From: Vairimorpha necatrix
Lineage: Eukaryota
Direction of reading: 5' to 3'
Assembly (NCBI GenBank): GCA_036630325.1
Contig: CP142726.1
Coordinates: forward strand, 1,240,001-1,304,000
Length of the DNA stretch: 64,000 bases
The notes beneath the pieces were generated by a model. The model ran no database searches. It was not told the DNA's origin and saw only the letters and a program-made list of their open reading frames with translations. Positions within the stretch are counted from its first letter, which is position 1. Each line of letters starts with the position of its first letter. This document shows, piece after piece, positions 30,780 through 41,484 of this stretch. The position numbers and the translations under genes were made by a program.

Positions 30780-32204
30780 TTATTTAAAATAACAAATTTC
30801 ACTTTTCTTTATAAAATCAATGTCGACCTTAGGCCCGACTAAATCCCGTATATTTGTAATTCCGTATTTTATCATAGTCGGCCTTTCTAACGACAAACCA
30901 AATCCAATCGCCCTGACATCTTCATCAAATCCCATAGGCCTCAAAACTTCTGGCCTAAACATTCCAGAATTTCCTACTTCAATCCATTTCCCTAGTCCTT
31001 TATGATACCCAAATACTTCCATACTTGGTTCTGTGTATGGATTAAATGCCGGCTTATATTTTATATCTGTTATACCTAATTTCTCAAAAAAACTTTTCAA
31101 ATATCCCATGAGATTTCCAAGTGTCAGGCCTTTCGCCACTATCAATCCTTCTACTTGATTAAACTCTGCTAAATGTGTCGCATCTAATGCTTCATTTCTA
31201 AAAACTCTGTCTATAGAAAACATCTTTGTGGGCTTAAACTCGCCTTGAGCAAGTTCATACATCTTTTTAGCACTACATGCTGTAGTATGAGATCTTAAAA
31301 TATTTTTTTCAGCTTCTTTAATGTCCCAATCTGCAAAATGGCCATCAGATTCAAAATCCCCAAGTGAATGAATTTTTTTTATTTTTTCCAAATAATTTTT
31401 TGGTATCTCTTGAGTCTTCGAAGGCGCTTTCATAAAGAAAGTGTCTTGTAGATCTCTTGATGGATGATTTTGAGGCTGAAAAAGACTATCAAAATTCCAA
31501 AATGATGATTCTACGAATCTATTAGTTTCCATTTCAAAAAAACCCATTTCTAGAAAAATTTTTCTAATTTCTTCTCTAACTTTCATCAGAGGATGTAAAC
31601 CGCCCTGTGACGGTACAATGCCTTTTGTATTAAAATTGTATGGCTTAAAATTCATATTTTTATATTCTCCGCTAATTATCATTTTTGCCGTTAAATCCGT
31701 TATATAGTCAGTATTAATTCCGAAATTTGGTCCTTTGAAAATTGTATAAATAACATTTTTAGATTGGGCTATTAACTTCCTCTTTTTTAAAATATCAATG
31801 CTATCTTTATTGAATATTTTATTCTTTATATCTTGGCACATATTTCTTATTGTGTCTGTTATATTATCAATATTTCTATAAACTCTGTCTCCTTCTTTCT
31901 TGATCCATTTATTTTTAAAAGCATTTACTTTACCAAGTTTGTGTTTTTCTAATGTGTCTAAATCCATACCTTCTTCGGTGATGAGATTGTATAAAACAAA
32001 TTCGTAACTGCCATTCTTTAAAATGTTTTCCCCTTCATCTGTGAGATTATAAGTTAATTCTTCGTCGGAAGTAAAAGAAACAATTTCTTTACTCGTAAGA
32101 CTGAGAATAACGGGAAATATTTCTTGAGCAGATACTTTTAGATCCACTGAAGTTATTGATTCATGAGTTTTTAACGAGTCTAAGATTTTTTCCATCAGAG
32201 ACAT
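30780..32204 (-). CDS. FRS2: Phenylalanyl-tRNA synthetase alpha subunit
   Basis: FWNFDSLFQPQNHPSRD.QDTF, LRSHTT, FSIDRVFRNE..DATHLAEF.QVEG, NPYTEPS and GFGLSLER. Start placed after CCCC; the ATG at 32231 is also possible. Confidence 0.97.
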   Translation of the reverse strand: MSLMEKILDSLKTHESITSVDLKVSAQEIFPVILSLTSKEIVSFTSDEELTYNLTDEGENILKNGSYEFVLYNLITEEGMDLDTLEKHKLGKVNAFKNKWIKKEGDRVYRNIDNITDTIRNMCQDIKNKIFNKDSIDILKKRKLIAQSKNVIYTIFKGPNFGINTDYITDLTAKMIISGEYKNMNFKPYNFNTKGIVPSQGGLHPLMKVREEIRKIFLEMGFFEMETNRFVESSFWNFDSLFQPQNHPSRDLQDTFFMKAPSKTQEIPKNYLEKIKKIHSLGDFESDGHFADWDIKEAEKNILRSHTTACSAKKMYELAQGEFKPTKMFSIDRVFRNEALDATHLAEFNQVEGLIVAKGLTLGNLMGYLKSFFEKLGITDIKYKPAFNPYTEPSMEVFGYHKGLGKWIEVGNSGMFRPEVLRPMGFDEDVRAIGFGLSLERPTMIKYGITNIRDLVGPKVDIDFIKKSEICYFK

Positions 32205-33161
32205 TTTGAGGGGTTTAGATTTTTTACTCATAAAAAAGTGAAAACTAGAACAAAACTTTGAAAAATTTTTACTATATGAATTGATAAAATATTTTTTATA
32301 TTAAAAACCGTTAATACTTAAAATAAAGTTAACTTTAAAAATAAAATTTTTCTAGTAAAATTCAGTACTTGTATGCAGGCGCTAACATAGTAGACAGTAT
32401 TCCCAAGGGTCTCGGTTTTTAGTTCTCAATACAATCTTTAATTATAATTTTTTTTTGGTTGACACAGTCATCTGAAAATATTTGCCTCTAATATGATAGT
32501 AAATTTTATGACAACGACTTAGAAATGCAATTGTTATTTGCGTGTTTTGATGCAAAGGCATCATAGTAGACATGACAACTTATCTTGACTGAGAAAGAAT
32601 TTGTCAAACTATAAAGTAACTACTACTTCTAAAGAACGACCTAGCATATTTCGAGAAAATTTCTAATGAACGGGGTTCTAGTAGTGTATGGCCTGTTGTC
32701 GGCCCTGTAGTAAAATTTTTACGGGAGGTAAATCAAAAATTTATCAAGAAGAGGCGTATAAGCTATAATTGACTAAACAATGTAAGATTAGCTTAAATAT
32801 AGATAAAATATTGTCAAAATTTTAATCTTTATAATAATACGGCTGTTACAAAAGTACCGTAATTTCGTCAATATAGATAAATCAATTAACAATTAAATAA
32901 TTTTTATTTCTTAAGCAACAAAGTTCGCTGATATATGTCATAATTTTGTTAAAATAAAATTTTAATATTTATGAGATCTTCTCTGTCATCTTTTTTCATA
33001 TTACAATACTTAAAAAAGAAGATAGGAAGCTTTTATTTGATGATTATCTGACCATGAGCACATTCAAATATTCACTTCCTTACTTATCTTTTAGTTAAAG
33101 CTGCTGTTTCAAGTGCTATGTTTCATATGCACCCTATAAAACATTTAATAACCCTTCTTAC

Positions 33162-33566
33162 ATGCCTCTCAAAAGTATAAATATTGAAGAACTCGATACT
33201 GTAGTAGATGCTCAGTCTACTTTATTACAGTGTAAATCGTGTCAGGACATTTTGTACGCCGATAAGATGAGAAAACATTCCTGTTTAGTCGAAATGAAGA
33301 AATTAAAAAAACAGCGCAAAGCAGCAAATGAAAAAAATATTCATGGTGTTCTTGAAGACATAAACGATACTAATAATGCGCAGCAGGAGATTCTCTTGAC
33401 AGACGAAGAGAAAGAGAAGTTTAATAGTCCGGCGTATTTAAATTATATTTTGGATATTAAGCCAGTGGTATCATTTCATTATAAAATGCCCAATTTGTAT
33501 AAGGCGATGATGAACATTAAAAGAGTGAAGAATGTAACAAATGAGAAAACTTTTTACAAAAAATAA
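33162..33566 (+). CDS. Small zinc-finger protein (CxxC...H.C; Sgf11/Sgf73-like?)
   Basis: LQCKSCQDILYADKMRKHSC, with a CCC motif upstream. The family assignment is weak. Confidence 0.6.
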   Translation: MPLKSINIEELDTVVDAQSTLLQCKSCQDILYADKMRKHSCLVEMKKLKKQRKAANEKNIHGVLEDINDTNNAQQEILLTDEEKEKFNSPAYLNYILDIKPVVSFHYKMPNLYKAMMNIKRVKNVTNEKTFYKK

Positions 33567-33834
33567 AGTAAAATTAAAATATGAAAATTAATATATATTT
33601 TTTAATATGAGCCTACCTTTGTTTAGGTCTTTTTTTTGCTTATAAATAATTTTTTGCAAAGGTAAGAAAATGTAATAAAATATTCATTTTAATAAATGCC
33701 CAAGACGAGAGCCATTAGACTAAGAATAGTTTAAATAAAGATTTAAATATAGTACTTGCTCATACATGAATTTTAAGAAGGAAATTTGACCTAAGTTGGT
33801 TTTTACTATTGTTTATTTTTTTTCTTTCCCCCGT

Positions 33835-35910
33835 ATGGAAAAAAGGGTATTTGACGAATTATCAGACAAAATTAAATATCCTGGCGATTTGCAAAGTAAA
33901 ATAGAATCCATCTCGGCAAATGTTAAGGATCTCTTTTTTTATAATCAAAATTTATTATCAAATAAAATGTTAACTTCTCATACGCTTCTTAGAGATATAG
34001 AAAAAGAAATCGAAAATATTGAAATTACTTATAAGGAATTTTTATCAAATAAAGACAGAAAACTGAAGATATTAAATGATTTTCTTGTACTTATAAAAGA
34101 TTACAAAACTGTAAAAATGGTTTGTCAAGCACATTCAAATTTATTAAAAGTGAAAATGTTCACTGAAAAAATGGCCACGATTTACGAGTCAGTATTTGAC
34201 GAAAATTTAGAAATTTATCATTCTAAAATATTTGATCTAGAAGATTTTATGTACGAATTAGAATATTTTAATAAGGACTTAGCTCGGGATGATTATATAG
34301 AAGTAGTAAAAGCTATTAGTCATATAAAAAAAGAAATATTGGATTTTAACTGTAAAATCTTGGAATTGGGCGAAGATTTTATTGAAAATTGGGAAATATT
34401 ACCAAAAGTTTGCGAAATAATAAAAAAAGAAGAAAAGCGCGACGAGATCACCAATTTGGTCAAAGAAGGCGAGCACAGCTCAGATTTAATCCCTAGAGAA
34501 ATGTACAAATCATATAAAAAATTTTTAAAAAGAACAAATAAAAATTTACAAGAAAGATTAAAAAACAGTATAAAATCAAGTATAAGAAATAAATTTAATA
34601 AATTAGAAGAAGAAAGTCAATTTGTAAAGAAGTTATATTTTGTTATAGAAGATTTAAGAAATATTCAAGAAAAAATCGATCTTCATTTTTTCAATTTTGA
34701 CGAATTTCTTAAAGAATATCATTTAAATTTAAAAAGATTATTGGATTCTCGATCAAATGATCTTGACGCCGGCGAAATTTTGGCCGTGATTGAGTTTGTC
34801 ACAGATTATTACGAGAATGTCGAATCGACATTTAAAAAAATCGCAGATTCTTTAGGAGACAAATTATTGGAAAATGAAGATGAATTATTAGAAAGATATT
34901 CGAAGACAGCAGAGCAAAAATTAAAAGAATGGATTTCTAATATTACAAAATTAGAAATTAATAAGTTTTATCTTAGAAATGAAGAAATTTCTAGAGATGA
35001 AGAAGATAAATTAATTTCTCCTGGTTTTGTTAGTCTTTTACAAATAATTAATATGCAATTAGAGCCTATTTCTTTTAATAAGCGAATATTTGCGCGAATA
35101 ACCAAGACGATAATAAAAAATTGTAACATTTTTAAAGATGAATTAATAAATGCCATGGAGAAAGATTTTAGACCTTCCGTAGAGTTAAAAAGTAAGGCAG
35201 GGTATAAAGATTTCTGCATTATGTTCGGGAACAGTGGCTTAAAATTGACACAATACATTACGACTTTACCACAGTGTCAATCTCCTGAAATCAGGGAATT
35301 AGGAAATACTTTTATGAATATTTTAAAAGCTTCAAATTTATATTTGTCGAGATTTATTTTAGAAACTTGCCAGCCTGTGACGAAAGATATTTTTCTTACA
35401 AAATGGTACGAAGAAGAAATCGTCAAAATTTTAATTTTGACGATTAAAGATTTCTTAAAAGATTACGAGTTGACAATGAGTGAATATTCATTTATGACTT
35501 TTATACATGAACTTACTAATTCTATAAGCTTGATTTATATGAAACAACTTGGAAATAAAAAGGCCAAGATTTATGACCAGTGTAGCTCGAGACTTAAAAG
35601 CGACTATATTAAAATTAAAAGGACACTAGATGAATTTGGAGAGAAAGATGATGTAATGAGTGGACTTAGTCCACTCCTGAAAATTATACCTTTGATTGAT
35701 TGTAAAAGTGTAGAATTGTTTGTTGAAGAAGTCAAGTCTCTTCAGTTTGTCTTTCCTGATATTAATAGGAAATTTATAAAGACGATAATAACGAAAAGAC
35801 GAGATTTAACAGAAGAAGAAAAGAAAATATTTGTAAATCATCTTAAAGAATGTTTTGGGGAAATTTTACCCACAGAGAAGACGATATTTAGTAAAATGTT
35901 TGGAATTTAA
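33835..35910 (+). CDS. SEC6: Exocyst subunit Sec6-like
   Basis: Helical ~690-aa protein with LKEWISNITKLE...F..R, GFVSLLQIINMQL, IMFGN and TIKDFLKD, resembling Sec6/EXOC3. ATG follows CCCCC. Confidence 0.7.
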   Translation: MEKRVFDELSDKIKYPGDLQSKIESISANVKDLFFYNQNLLSNKMLTSHTLLRDIEKEIENIEITYKEFLSNKDRKLKILNDFLVLIKDYKTVKMVCQAHSNLLKVKMFTEKMATIYESVFDENLEIYHSKIFDLEDFMYELEYFNKDLARDDYIEVVKAISHIKKEILDFNCKILELGEDFIENWEILPKVCEIIKKEEKRDEITNLVKEGEHSSDLIPREMYKSYKKFLKRTNKNLQERLKNSIKSSIRNKFNKLEEESQFVKKLYFVIEDLRNIQEKIDLHFFNFDEFLKEYHLNLKRLLDSRSNDLDAGEILAVIEFVTDYYENVESTFKKIADSLGDKLLENEDELLERYSKTAEQKLKEWISNITKLEINKFYLRNEEISRDEEDKLISPGFVSLLQIINMQLEPISFNKRIFARITKTIIKNCNIFKDELINAMEKDFRPSVELKSKAGYKDFCIMFGNSGLKLTQYITTLPQCQSPEIRELGNTFMNILKASNLYLSRFILETCQPVTKDIFLTKWYEEEIVKILILTIKDFLKDYELTMSEYSFMTFIHELTNSISLIYMKQLGNKKAKIYDQCSSRLKSDYIKIKRTLDEFGEKDDVMSGLSPLLKIIPLIDCKSVELFVEEVKSLQFVFPDINRKFIKTIITKRRDLTEEEKKIFVNHLKECFGEILPTEKTIFSKMFGI

Positions 35911-36177
35911 TAAAGAAGTTGAATTTTTTATGCATTTTTGTCAGATAAAGTGGAATTTAGCTAAAATTTTGACTTCATGCGTAAATTTATGCATAAATTT
36001 TTTATGCATAATTTTTTAAATTTTTTTGCATAAATTTTTTATATTTTTTTTTGCATAAATTTGAATGCCATGAGACCTGACGGGGCAAGCTGTGCTATAA
36101 AAATCAAAGTTAAAATGAAAAATTTACTAAATTGACTAATTAATATTTAGCAAATATTTGTATAAGAAATATTATTT

Positions 36178-36696
36178 TTATTCTTTTCTATTTATAATCT
36201 TCTTTATATAATTCCCTATCATCGTATTTACAGTTGTCTTGCCTTTTACAATTATCACCTCATCATTCGCACTCAGACTTATGAAAAAGCAGAAAGGCGT
36301 AATCCAAATTAACAAGAAAATACTAAGAATTTCTACTGTAAACAAGCTTCTATAAAAAAGAAACCTGATCACTAAAAAGTGATTTACTAGAGAAGCCAAA
36401 GTCCCATAAATAAAATAAGGATTGTCTAGCTTGATAATCGGGTAAACTTGTAAAAGGCAAAAAAATGAATATTGAATTGACAAACTGAAGGCTGTGTGTA
36501 AAATGGACTTACCTCTAATTAGAAAATACAAATGTGCTATTACACAACCATAAATAATATTCTTAATCTTCTTTTTAGCACTGTAAGCTTGGTCTTCTAT
36601 GTATTCAATTGATTTGATAATTCCGAGGCCAATTAGAATTAAAGTAGCAATTGAGCCAAAGAAAATAAACAAACTTTTAAGAAATGGAATGAGCAT
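36178..36696 (-). CDS. SVP26: Svp26/TEX261 (Erv26 family) ER-Golgi cargo adaptor
   Basis: Multi-pass membrane protein with GL...IEYIED, VNHFL and W.TPFCFFISLSAND. Confidence 0.8.
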   Translation of the reverse strand: MLIPFLKSLFIFFGSIATLILIGLGIIKSIEYIEDQAYSAKKKIKNIIYGCVIAHLYFLIRGKSILHTAFSLSIQYSFFCLLQVYPIIKLDNPYFIYGTLASLVNHFLVIRFLFYRSLFTVEILSIFLLIWITPFCFFISLSANDEVIIVKGKTTVNTMIGNYIKKIINRKE

Positions 36697-37038
36697 GAGG
36701 GTAAATAAAAAAGGGAAAAATTATAAACACAGCATAAATAAAATTAAACTTAGCATAAATAAAATAAGTAAAAAAATAAAATTTTTAAAAGGAAATTCAT
36801 TTTGTTTTTATACATTAAATCTTATAATTAATAGTGCTTGACACATTCTAAGGCATAAACTATCTTATATCCAATATAAGATATGACATTTTTAAGACAC
36901 ATCTTTCTTTTTACTTGTTTGTTCATGTTCTGAAACATCAGAAAATTATGATATATTTTGTAGCATAAATTTATTCACACTTTGTTTGTTTCATTTTTAT
37001 GCAAAAAACTATAAATAAAGATTTTTTATCCATAAAAT

Positions 37039-38559
37039 ATGACTGACACATTTTTCGAAATTGGTTTCGAAGGAACATCAAACAAAGACTGTATGACCAT
37101 CAACAAGTTAAAAACAGATAGCATTTTAGTCTTCGACAATCAAAACCATTATGGTACAACTCTGAAATCTTTAGAAGATTTAAGATTTAACAAATTTATC
37201 AAAAATATCAAAATTTTTAAAAATAAATCTCGAATTTTATTTGAGACTGATCCACAATTTTACAGATCAAATGATGAAATTATAAATTTGATAAATACAA
37301 GAGACTGTTCTAGTTTTGTGGATTTTGTTCCTATAAATAGACATTATTTAATTTTAGAAAATGGAAATTATTATAAAATTCCGTATACAATCACAGATCT
37401 AGTCGATACAAAGTTCTTTACTTTTAAAGATCGACATTTAGTAAACAGATTTGTCAAGTCAGAAATTAATATTGAAGAATTAAAAATTAAGCTTAGTGAC
37501 AAGTGTAAACAAATATTATTAAATGGAATATTGGGATATTATCAAGATGTAGAAGACAAATTGAAGGATTATATTGAAAATTTTGAATATTATCCTTTTA
37601 TTTATCCAAAACATGGTATGAAAGATATTTCAGAATTATTGTCAAGGATTAATGCGATAAATGGGATTTCTTATTTATTGGACAGTAAAATCAAAGTGTA
37701 CGAATTTAAGAAAATGAATTTTGGACAAAAAGACACGAAAATTATAAAAAAAGAAATCGAGAAACCTCCTAAAAAAATAAAAGAAAAATGTTCGGGAAAT
37801 TCGACCAGTGCGTGTATTTGTGAAGATGAAGTCGATTTATTTGAGAAATATAATACGAATAATGACAATGATTCTGATGAAATATTTGAGATAGAAGAAG
37901 TGTCTTCTGGCCAATTATACACGAATGAGAGGCAATGTTGCCTAGATAAAATGAACAGTTCGTCATTAATTTTGTGCTCGGGAAATGCGGCAGAAGAAGA
38001 CGACTTCGGCCCCCTGATGGACATTTTAAATGCCCCGGCCTCGTGTCCCGACCCTTTGTTTTTCCAGGGCGAAGATTTTAAGATTCAAATTGAAGACATA
38101 ACTTTAAGGAATCAAATTTTTGACTACAGAAATGAGCCAAATGAAAAAGTCAAGAAATTATTTACAGAGATGAAGTTTGATTTTCAGACTACAAATCATT
38201 ACATAAATCAAGGCTATAAATATTTTATAAAATCTGAACATGGAAATATTTTCATGAAGAAAATTTACAAGAAAGAAATGACAGGTACAAAGAAATATAT
38301 CAGAATTATAAATTTATCTTATAAATTATTGAAAGATAGATTTTTCGCTTGGTTTTACAATGGATATGAATTTTTACAAGTTTTAGTAATTGATTCTAAT
38401 TCTAAATGTTGTGCTAAAGGGACTTATATAATTTATCTTATAAAAGAAGACAAGCCTGTGACTAATCGAGATATTGAAATTTTGAATATTCATGATTGTG
38501 ACATTATTACAGATTTTGCATATCAAATTTATGATTACACACATGTAGAATATTCTTAA
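37039..38559 (+). CDS. Rab escort protein / GDI-family protein, divergent
   Basis: ILVFDNQNHYG and FIYPKHGMKDISELLSRINAINGISYLL match the GDI/REP motifs D.N.YYG and YP.YG..EL...F.R..A..G..Y.L. Confidence 0.7.
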   Translation: MTDTFFEIGFEGTSNKDCMTINKLKTDSILVFDNQNHYGTTLKSLEDLRFNKFIKNIKIFKNKSRILFETDPQFYRSNDEIINLINTRDCSSFVDFVPINRHYLILENGNYYKIPYTITDLVDTKFFTFKDRHLVNRFVKSEINIEELKIKLSDKCKQILLNGILGYYQDVEDKLKDYIENFEYYPFIYPKHGMKDISELLSRINAINGISYLLDSKIKVYEFKKMNFGQKDTKIIKKEIEKPPKKIKEKCSGNSTSACICEDEVDLFEKYNTNNDNDSDEIFEIEEVSSGQLYTNERQCCLDKMNSSSLILCSGNAAEEDDFGPLMDILNAPASCPDPLFFQGEDFKIQIEDITLRNQIFDYRNEPNEKVKKLFTEMKFDFQTTNHYINQGYKYFIKSEHGNIFMKKIYKKEMTGTKKYIRIINLSYKLLKDRFFAWFYNGYEFLQVLVIDSNSKCCAKGTYIIYLIKEDKPVTNRDIEILNIHDCDIITDFAYQIYDYTHVEYS

Positions 38560-38721
38560 GAGATAAATTGTATATCTAGAAATTATTAATTTTAATTTTG
38601 TTGGTGTTTTTTTTGAAAATTACATTGACAAAATTTTTACATTTTAAAATTAACTTTTATTAAATAATTTATTGTTTACATATTTGTAAAGAGTTTATTG
38701 TGTCAAAATTTTACCCCATTA

Positions 38722-39507
38722 ATGCAAATTACACTTGTCCCAGACACAAATATATTTATAGAATATCAAGACTTATTGTCTAAATTTCTAAATGATGTTC
38801 ATCCTTTTAATTTAGAAATTTTAATATTGAAAATTGTACTTGACGAACTTGATAAAATCAAACTAAAAAATCATAAGGCGCAAATTGGCAACATTTTCAT
38901 ACAAAAAAACTTATCTAATAAAATGGTCCTAATTGAAGGCCATGTTAAAAAGAACGGCATGGAAGTGATCATCGACTACTGGAATATTGATAAATTAAAA
39001 TCAAATGATGACAAAATAATACAAATAACTTCCTGTGTAAACCACTCTGTCTTAATCACCGCCGACAGGAACATGGCTTTAAAAGCAAAATCCAAAAATG
39101 TAAAATGCGTCTTCGTCAAAGACAAAGAATACACAGATTTAAAATTGGAAGTTTACATGTCCCAGACAGAGGCAGAGCCAATGGAACTAATTTTGGATGA
39201 TCCTGTGCCAAATATTCAAAAAACAGTCTTAGACATTCTAAAACCACTTATAGAACAAATCTTGATTGCCAATCTTGGGCCTGGTTATAAGCTTAGATTT
39301 GAGAAAGATGTACAAAATTCTGATCTTATTAATTTATTGAAAATATGTGTAGATAATTTTGTTTTATTTGATGGATATTTGCACAAATCTTCTAGGGCGA
39401 TTATTATCGAAATATTGAAAATATTAAAAAAAGAACCATGTGAAGAAAAAAAGAAAATTTCTCTACAAAAAATATTAATTTTATTTAGAATAAATAAAGA
39501 ATTATAA
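38722..39507 (+). CDS. PIN-domain endoribonuclease, Swt1-like
   Basis: LVPDTNIFI, IVLDELDKIK, NDDKII and LITADRNMALKA. ATG follows CCCC. Confidence 0.8.
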   Translation: MQITLVPDTNIFIEYQDLLSKFLNDVHPFNLEILILKIVLDELDKIKLKNHKAQIGNIFIQKNLSNKMVLIEGHVKKNGMEVIIDYWNIDKLKSNDDKIIQITSCVNHSVLITADRNMALKAKSKNVKCVFVKDKEYTDLKLEVYMSQTEAEPMELILDDPVPNIQKTVLDILKPLIEQILIANLGPGYKLRFEKDVQNSDLINLLKICVDNFVLFDGYLHKSSRAIIIEILKILKKEPCEEKKKISLQKILILFRINKEL

Positions 39508-39770
39508 AATAACTTGTATTTGTATAAGAAACTATTTCAAATAATGTATTTTTATGAAACTTTATTATATTTATTGATACATGTCAAATATCTTCATTTG
39601 TGGCCAATTTAAAAATTCAAAATTGACAATTTTGCATCATTTTTATAAACTAAAGGGGATAATGTCATTATAAGTCATATTTTAATATTTAGGGTTTCCG
39701 TTATTAATAATTACTTTTTTAACGTTATTGATTTTTTTGCTATTTAAGCAATAATTTTTTGAATAGGGGT

Positions 39771-41441
39771 ATGTTACAGCAACAGACAAAGAAAAAAAAA
39801 ATTACTGAATTGCAAATACTTTCATTGTGTTTTAGATTGTATTTGAAAAATGTAAAAAATTGCGTACTATTATTCATCCTTCTAATATTCGCAATCATAG
39901 CAAAATACATTACTGTTTTTTACGCCAAGCAGTACGAATACAGATTAAATCATACAAATGATATACTTGGAGATTGCAAATTACTTTTTGTCTTTAAACT
40001 GACATACTCCTTTCTTTCTGCTATGTCCTCATATATCATATTGTGTTGCGGCATACTTTTTCAAACTAATGTCGCAAAAAAAGCATTTGCAAATATTTTG
40101 AAGCACGAATCTGCGAATCCAATAGACTTGTCTTCTGGAAAAACGCAATATGCTATTTCTGAAGGATCGGCGGCTATGTCGAAATTATTTGAGCATTGCA
40201 TTTTGGAATTTTTACAAAAAATGGGATATTTCGTAGGCGATTTGATAATTTGTTATCATATATCAGATTTGCATTTGTTTTTATCTTTTTTACTGATTAT
40301 TGTCGCGTTTTACATTCACATCCGAGGTGCTTTAGTAGCTATGAAATGTAAAAACGATATAAACAAAGTCAGAGGATCTTGCGATAAGGTAATTTATGAA
40401 GATATTAGTAATTACGAAATAATAAAATCATATCAGACGGAAAACAAACATATCGAATCATATGGTAATAGAATGAAAGCATTTAAAGCGGCTAGTATTA
40501 GACATGCAAAAACAGTAGTGTCTCTGTCATTAATAGACGATCTATTTTTCAATATAACAGCATTTGCGTTATTAATAATTCTTTATCTACAAGGAAACCA
40601 TAGCAACTATAAATATAGAAATTGCTACACTACAATTCTGAGTCTAGAAAAAACTATGGAAAATATTTCTAATATATTTAGAAAATACAAGGAAGCACTT
40701 GTAACAAGTAAACTTGTCCTGTATTATCTAGAAGAAATAGATGGCTTTGCACCTGGGACAAGCATTAAAAACACTTTTGATGACAAAATAATATTCGAAA
40801 ATGTCGGATATTCCGTGGCCAATGTAAAAATTTTCCAAAATATAAATTTTACAATAAATAAAAATGAAAAGGTATGTATTTACGGAAGAAATGGCACCGG
40901 CAAATCTACGATATCTAAAATAATCATGAGATTGTATTTTATAGACTCTGGAAAAGTAACTATAGATGGTATGGATATTTATGACATTTTAATATCAAAT
41001 TATAGAAAACTAATAACTTATGTACCACAAGATACAAGTTTATTCGACGAGACTGTGTTTTATAATCTTACTTATGGAAATAACCAGCCTCTAACTAACG
41101 TCATTCAAGAATGTAAAAAATTTGATATTCATGAAGACATTTTAAAATTAGAAAATGGATATAACACGTATTTGGGGGAACGTGGATCGACTATAAATGG
41201 TGGATTAAGGCAGAAAATCTTTTATGTTAGAGCACTACTCACTAAAGCACCAATTTATATTTTTGATGAGCCAACTAATAATTTAGACGAGCAGTCGACT
41301 CAAAATGTTATTGAACTGATTTTGGGGGAATCATTTGCTGATAAAACTGTTATTGTCATCTGTCATGATTACGAATCAGTCAAGAAATTTCCATCTGTCT
41401 TGAAATTCGTTGACGGGAAAATTATAAAAGAAATAAATTAA
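39771..41441 (+). CDS. ATM1-like ABC half-transporter, copy 4 (more divergent)
   Basis: GRNGTGKST, VPQD..LF, signature INGGLRQK, IFDEPTNNLD and ICHD. GGGG precedes the ATG. Confidence 0.88.
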   Translation: MLQQQTKKKKITELQILSLCFRLYLKNVKNCVLLFILLIFAIIAKYITVFYAKQYEYRLNHTNDILGDCKLLFVFKLTYSFLSAMSSYIILCCGILFQTNVAKKAFANILKHESANPIDLSSGKTQYAISEGSAAMSKLFEHCILEFLQKMGYFVGDLIICYHISDLHLFLSFLLIIVAFYIHIRGALVAMKCKNDINKVRGSCDKVIYEDISNYEIIKSYQTENKHIESYGNRMKAFKAASIRHAKTVVSLSLIDDLFFNITAFALLIILYLQGNHSNYKYRNCYTTILSLEKTMENISNIFRKYKEALVTSKLVLYYLEEIDGFAPGTSIKNTFDDKIIFENVGYSVANVKIFQNINFTINKNEKVCIYGRNGTGKSTISKIIMRLYFIDSGKVTIDGMDIYDILISNYRKLITYVPQDTSLFDETVFYNLTYGNNQPLTNVIQECKKFDIHEDILKLENGYNTYLGERGSTINGGLRQKIFYVRALLTKAPIYIFDEPTNNLDEQSTQNVIELILGESFADKTVIVICHDYESVKKFPSVLKFVDGKIIKEIN

Positions 41442-41484
41442 TTAACCACTAAAAAAAATTTAATATTATTATTTTTTATTTAGA

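Noticed and set aside
32360-32800. Firm telomerase RNA call
   Set aside because: No CCTAACC or CTAACCCT-type template found on either strand, so it is left as an unassigned candidate.
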